Below are positions 60,701-64,000 of a stretch of 64,000 nucleotides of DNA, in pieces (the stretch's first letter is position 1; the number at the start of each line of letters is the position of its first letter). This stretch comes from Octopus vulgaris (taxonomy: Eukaryota). Location of the stretch: assembly GCA_951406725.2 (NCBI GenBank), contig OX597818.1:3658001-3722000 (forward strand), given 5' to 3'. The position numbers and the translations under genes are program-made. The notes beneath the pieces are model-generated. The model was not told the DNA's origin and did not search any database. It worked only from the letters and a program-made list of their open reading frames with translations.

Positions 60701-62286
60701 GGTTGTGGAGGTTATGGTGGTAGTGGCGGGGATGATGTTATTACTGCCTGTATGTGTGTAGGTGAGTTTATGTATGGTGTGTTGTTCTTACTGTTCGTTT
60801 CCTCCTCAATTTTCTTTTTTTTTTTTGGTTATTGTTTGTGCTTTTCCGTCTTTTCCTTCTTTTCGTATGACTGTTTGCCATGCCTGTCCCTCCTTATTTT
60901 CGTCGTTTTCGTTATCCGAATAGGGGAGGGGTATTTCTTCCGCAGGTATTTGTTTTACTGTTGACGTTGTTAATGGTGTTGTTGCTGTTTCTGCTGCTGC
61001 TGCTGCTGCTGCTGCTGTCCTTGTTGTGGTGTCTGTTGTGGTTGTGGTGGTGTTAATGGTTGATGTGGCTCATTTCCCCCCTTTCCTTCTTTCCTTCGGG
61101 CAATAGATCCTGATGTGACCTGAATCGCCACAGAGGTACTATCGCGGCCTTCCTTCCACGATCACCTGCAGATGCTGTCCTCCAGGGATTTCTATTATGT
61201 CGGGGGATTTTCTCTACAGCTTCTGGTTTTACTTGCAGTAGAATTTCCAACCCTATCCCAACCTAGTTCTCCTGTTCGGATTTTTGGATTTCTTGGAGGA
61301 TCTTCCTGCACCACGACTTTCACTACCCGCTAGAAATTGATTTCTGGTGGTATGTTACTTATTTTTATTCGGATCACTCTCTGTCCCAGATAGATGGGAA
61401 TTTAAGTGAACGCCTCCGTTTTTAATGGGACAGTTGAATATTTTTGTGCTAGTGATTCCGATTGGAATATGACCTTGTAGCCGAACTTTGAGACGTAGCA
61501 GACAAAGCTGACATGCCTCCATATATTTTTCAGGCAGAGCTCGGCTTGGTCTGATGGTATTTTTTCCAGTCTTCTTCTTTTCATGGACAGACATCTGTAC
61601 ATGATTGCTTTTTTTTCGGGCACATTTAATGTGGCCTTCCTTTCTTCACGTCTTATAACCCTCTTAGCTTCCTTTAAATGTTCTCCCTTATCCTTTAACG
61701 ACATAATTTCAAACTTATTTGTAACTTTTGCGAAGGAAACGTTATTTCTATTTGAACCTCTCTTTGTTCGAAATGTTACTGATTTGTGTGATGTCGTAGT
61801 GGTTGTGGTGGTGGTGATATGTTCCTTGCACAATTGCCTGCTGCTAGTTATATTTCGTGCTTCCTTGATAGAATTCTCATCACTCCTGACATTTCCACTG
61901 TGGTTGTTGTTTTTTTTTTGTTGTCATTGCTGTTGCTACTCCTCCTGCAACTACCACTATCATTTACATCTAGAGCGGGTGAGGCAAGTGACAGCGGAAG
62001 ACAATTTCGCGTTCTACATCTCCTACCACTTCCCTCTCTTGTTGACTCGTTGACAAAAACGACGACACAATATTAAATTTTGCAAATTTTGAAAGGAAGA
62101 TTAATTTTCTTTTCGAGTGATTTTTGCCCCGCAAGTAAAAAAAATAACACTGTTAATCAGACTAATATGGTCTAGATTAACTTAGTCTCAAGTTATAACA
62201 ATAAAATGTAACAATAACAATCTTTCTTAGAGGTAAACAAGGCACACACTTACGGAGCTCCGAAATACACGTCCAGCTCTGGCGAC
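57730..62286 (-). mobile_element. Degenerate Tx1-clade element (ORF1 + ORF2 remnants, RT core deleted near 59205) with its 5' end abutting (AAT)n
   Basis: SAYADD, GPGYWKLN, SRSYLDRVF, YAPSGAGQ; ORF1 remnants at 60370-61900; plus-strand end CTCTGGCGAC|AATAAT. Confidence 0.9.
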
Positions 62287-62337
<51 letters not shown>

Positions 62338-62923
62338 TATAATAAATGCCCTGATGCAGTACCAGGCAGTGGCTCTCATGGCTTCTGATCTTAACTGATT
62401 GGAAGTGTTATCATGTACATTGTTTTGTCTTGGTATAAAAGATGGGCTACAGCAAATATTCTGCTCAATACCACAGATTTGCTTGTCAGTTGTTTGACCT
62501 TAACCAGTTGAGCATGTCCCTTAGTGGCTGACGATATGTGCATCTCTGATCACGAGCAGAAGTAGTGGGGGAGCATCATAGCCATGTGTTGAGAGGGATT
62601 CTTTGGGGTTTGAATAATTCACCTCTGGAAACACGGGTGGTTCTTTCAACATCCTTAAACAACCCTTATTCAGGGACCTTTTGAGCGGGATGGGCTACTC
62701 AACCTGAAGAAAATTCTAACTGGACCCCACCTGCAAGGTCATGTGCTGTTTATCTTGATATGAGATCACCATGTCGCGCACATATGGTTGTGATGCATGT
62801 GCCTGGTGTACCTTTATCAGACAGGTAGTCATGATGGGTATATTGGGCTTCGTATATTTTACCCCAGTGTCACTTTGATGGCATGCACTGCTCTCTCACT
62901 CAATAATAATAATAATAATAATG

Positions 62924-62996
<73 letters not shown>

Positions 62997-63785
62997 GGAT
63001 AATAAAGCATCGTGGGCATGGCTTGATCGAGGTGATTTGAAGCGTACCACCGAAAGCTTGACCGTTGCTGCACAAGACCAGGTTCTTGCTACCAAGTCAG
63101 TGAAGTATAACATCTATAAAACTTCTGACACCCAGAAATGCAGACTCTGCGGAAAGAGTGTGGAAAATGTGACCCCCTTGGTAAGTGGACGCGAGAGCCT
63201 TGCACAAAAACAATAAAAGCACCTCCACAATAAAGTGTGCGTGTATCTTATGCCGTAAATACCAATATGAAGTAACAGAAAACTGGTATGAGCATTACTA
63301 AGTAAAGTTATGCAGGAGGATAGAAAAGTAACGATACTCTGGGACTATGGTTTTTAGACGGATCGTGTAATCGAACACCGTCAGCAGGATATTGTCATAT
63401 TGACTAAAAGAGACAAATACTGTCAGATCATTGATATAGTCATACCAAATGACATGAATGTTGTGAGTAAAGAGGTTGAGAAAATCACCAAATACTCCAA
63501 ATTGAAAGTGGAAACGGCAAGACTATGGAATGCGAGAAGGTAATGTAAAAGTGATATCAGTGGTGATCGGAGCGTTGGGCATTGCTCGTTCGAGACAAAC
63601 TTCAAGACTGCTTAAGGCAACTGGAAATCCCACGCAAGATTGGTGTCTTGCAAAAAACAGCTCATACCCTCAACTAGCCCCCCTATAGAAAACATCTTAA
63701 GGAAAGTATTGTCTCTCTGAGGTGCTTGTTGTAACTTGACAGATGACTCCGGTGCATTTTTACCTACACTGTGTTACGAAGGAAT
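62997..63785 (+). mobile_element. R4/Dong-type RLE non-LTR retrotransposon 3' fragment, bounded by (AAT)n
   Basis: WLDRGDLKRTTESLTVAAQDQVLAT..CRLCGKSVEN..HNKVC..ILWD..TDRVIEHRQQDIV..IIDIVIP..EKITKY..VVIGALG (CCHC plus PD-D restriction-like endonuclease). Confidence 0.88.
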
Positions 63786-64000
63786 AATAATAACAATGTA
63801 CTCTCCCGTTGAAGACGAGGAGTGAGTGTTCAGCTTTTGCCGAATGTTCTGCACAAATTAGTTTATAGTGATTGAATGTATATATCGTACATTAGCTCAC
63901 TCTCTCCATCAAATGGACGTTGTCTGAACAGGTACACTGTATACCATGCTTCAAGTGTGGACGTGATCGCAGAGCAACGTGAGATGAAGTGTTTTACTCA

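Overview
AT-rich eukaryotic DNA made almost entirely of repeats; the microsatellite load and SINE families suggest an octopus genome (inference). No prokaryotic genes, rRNA, true tRNA or CRISPR arrays are visible, and most ORF-track entries are microsatellite or antisense artefacts. The left half (1-33 kb) is (TA)n/(CA)n-rich. It holds mariner remnants, tRNA-derived SINEs, Penelope-like elements (PLEs; one long RT+GIY-YIG ORF at 15981-17561 with a 5' inversion) and about 14 hammerhead-ribozyme (HHR) motifs from about 9 sequence families. These include compensated variants of the catalytic 3-8 pair (C-G, U-A, A-U) and several fold-back arrangements. A candidate signal-peptide first exon of a host gene lies at 33490-33553 (+). 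The right half (35.7-63.8 kb) is an (AAT)n-nucleated retrotransposon stack. It contains two full-length, near-identical, head-to-tail Tx1-clade LINEs each preceded by exactly (AAT)6, a 2.4 kb AAT array that shifts to a 15-bp higher-order unit, and further degenerate Tx1 copies. It also contains three ORF1-only (HAL1-like) elements chained at a recurrent junction motif and an R4/Dong-type fragment. All coordinates and RNA folds were read by eye.
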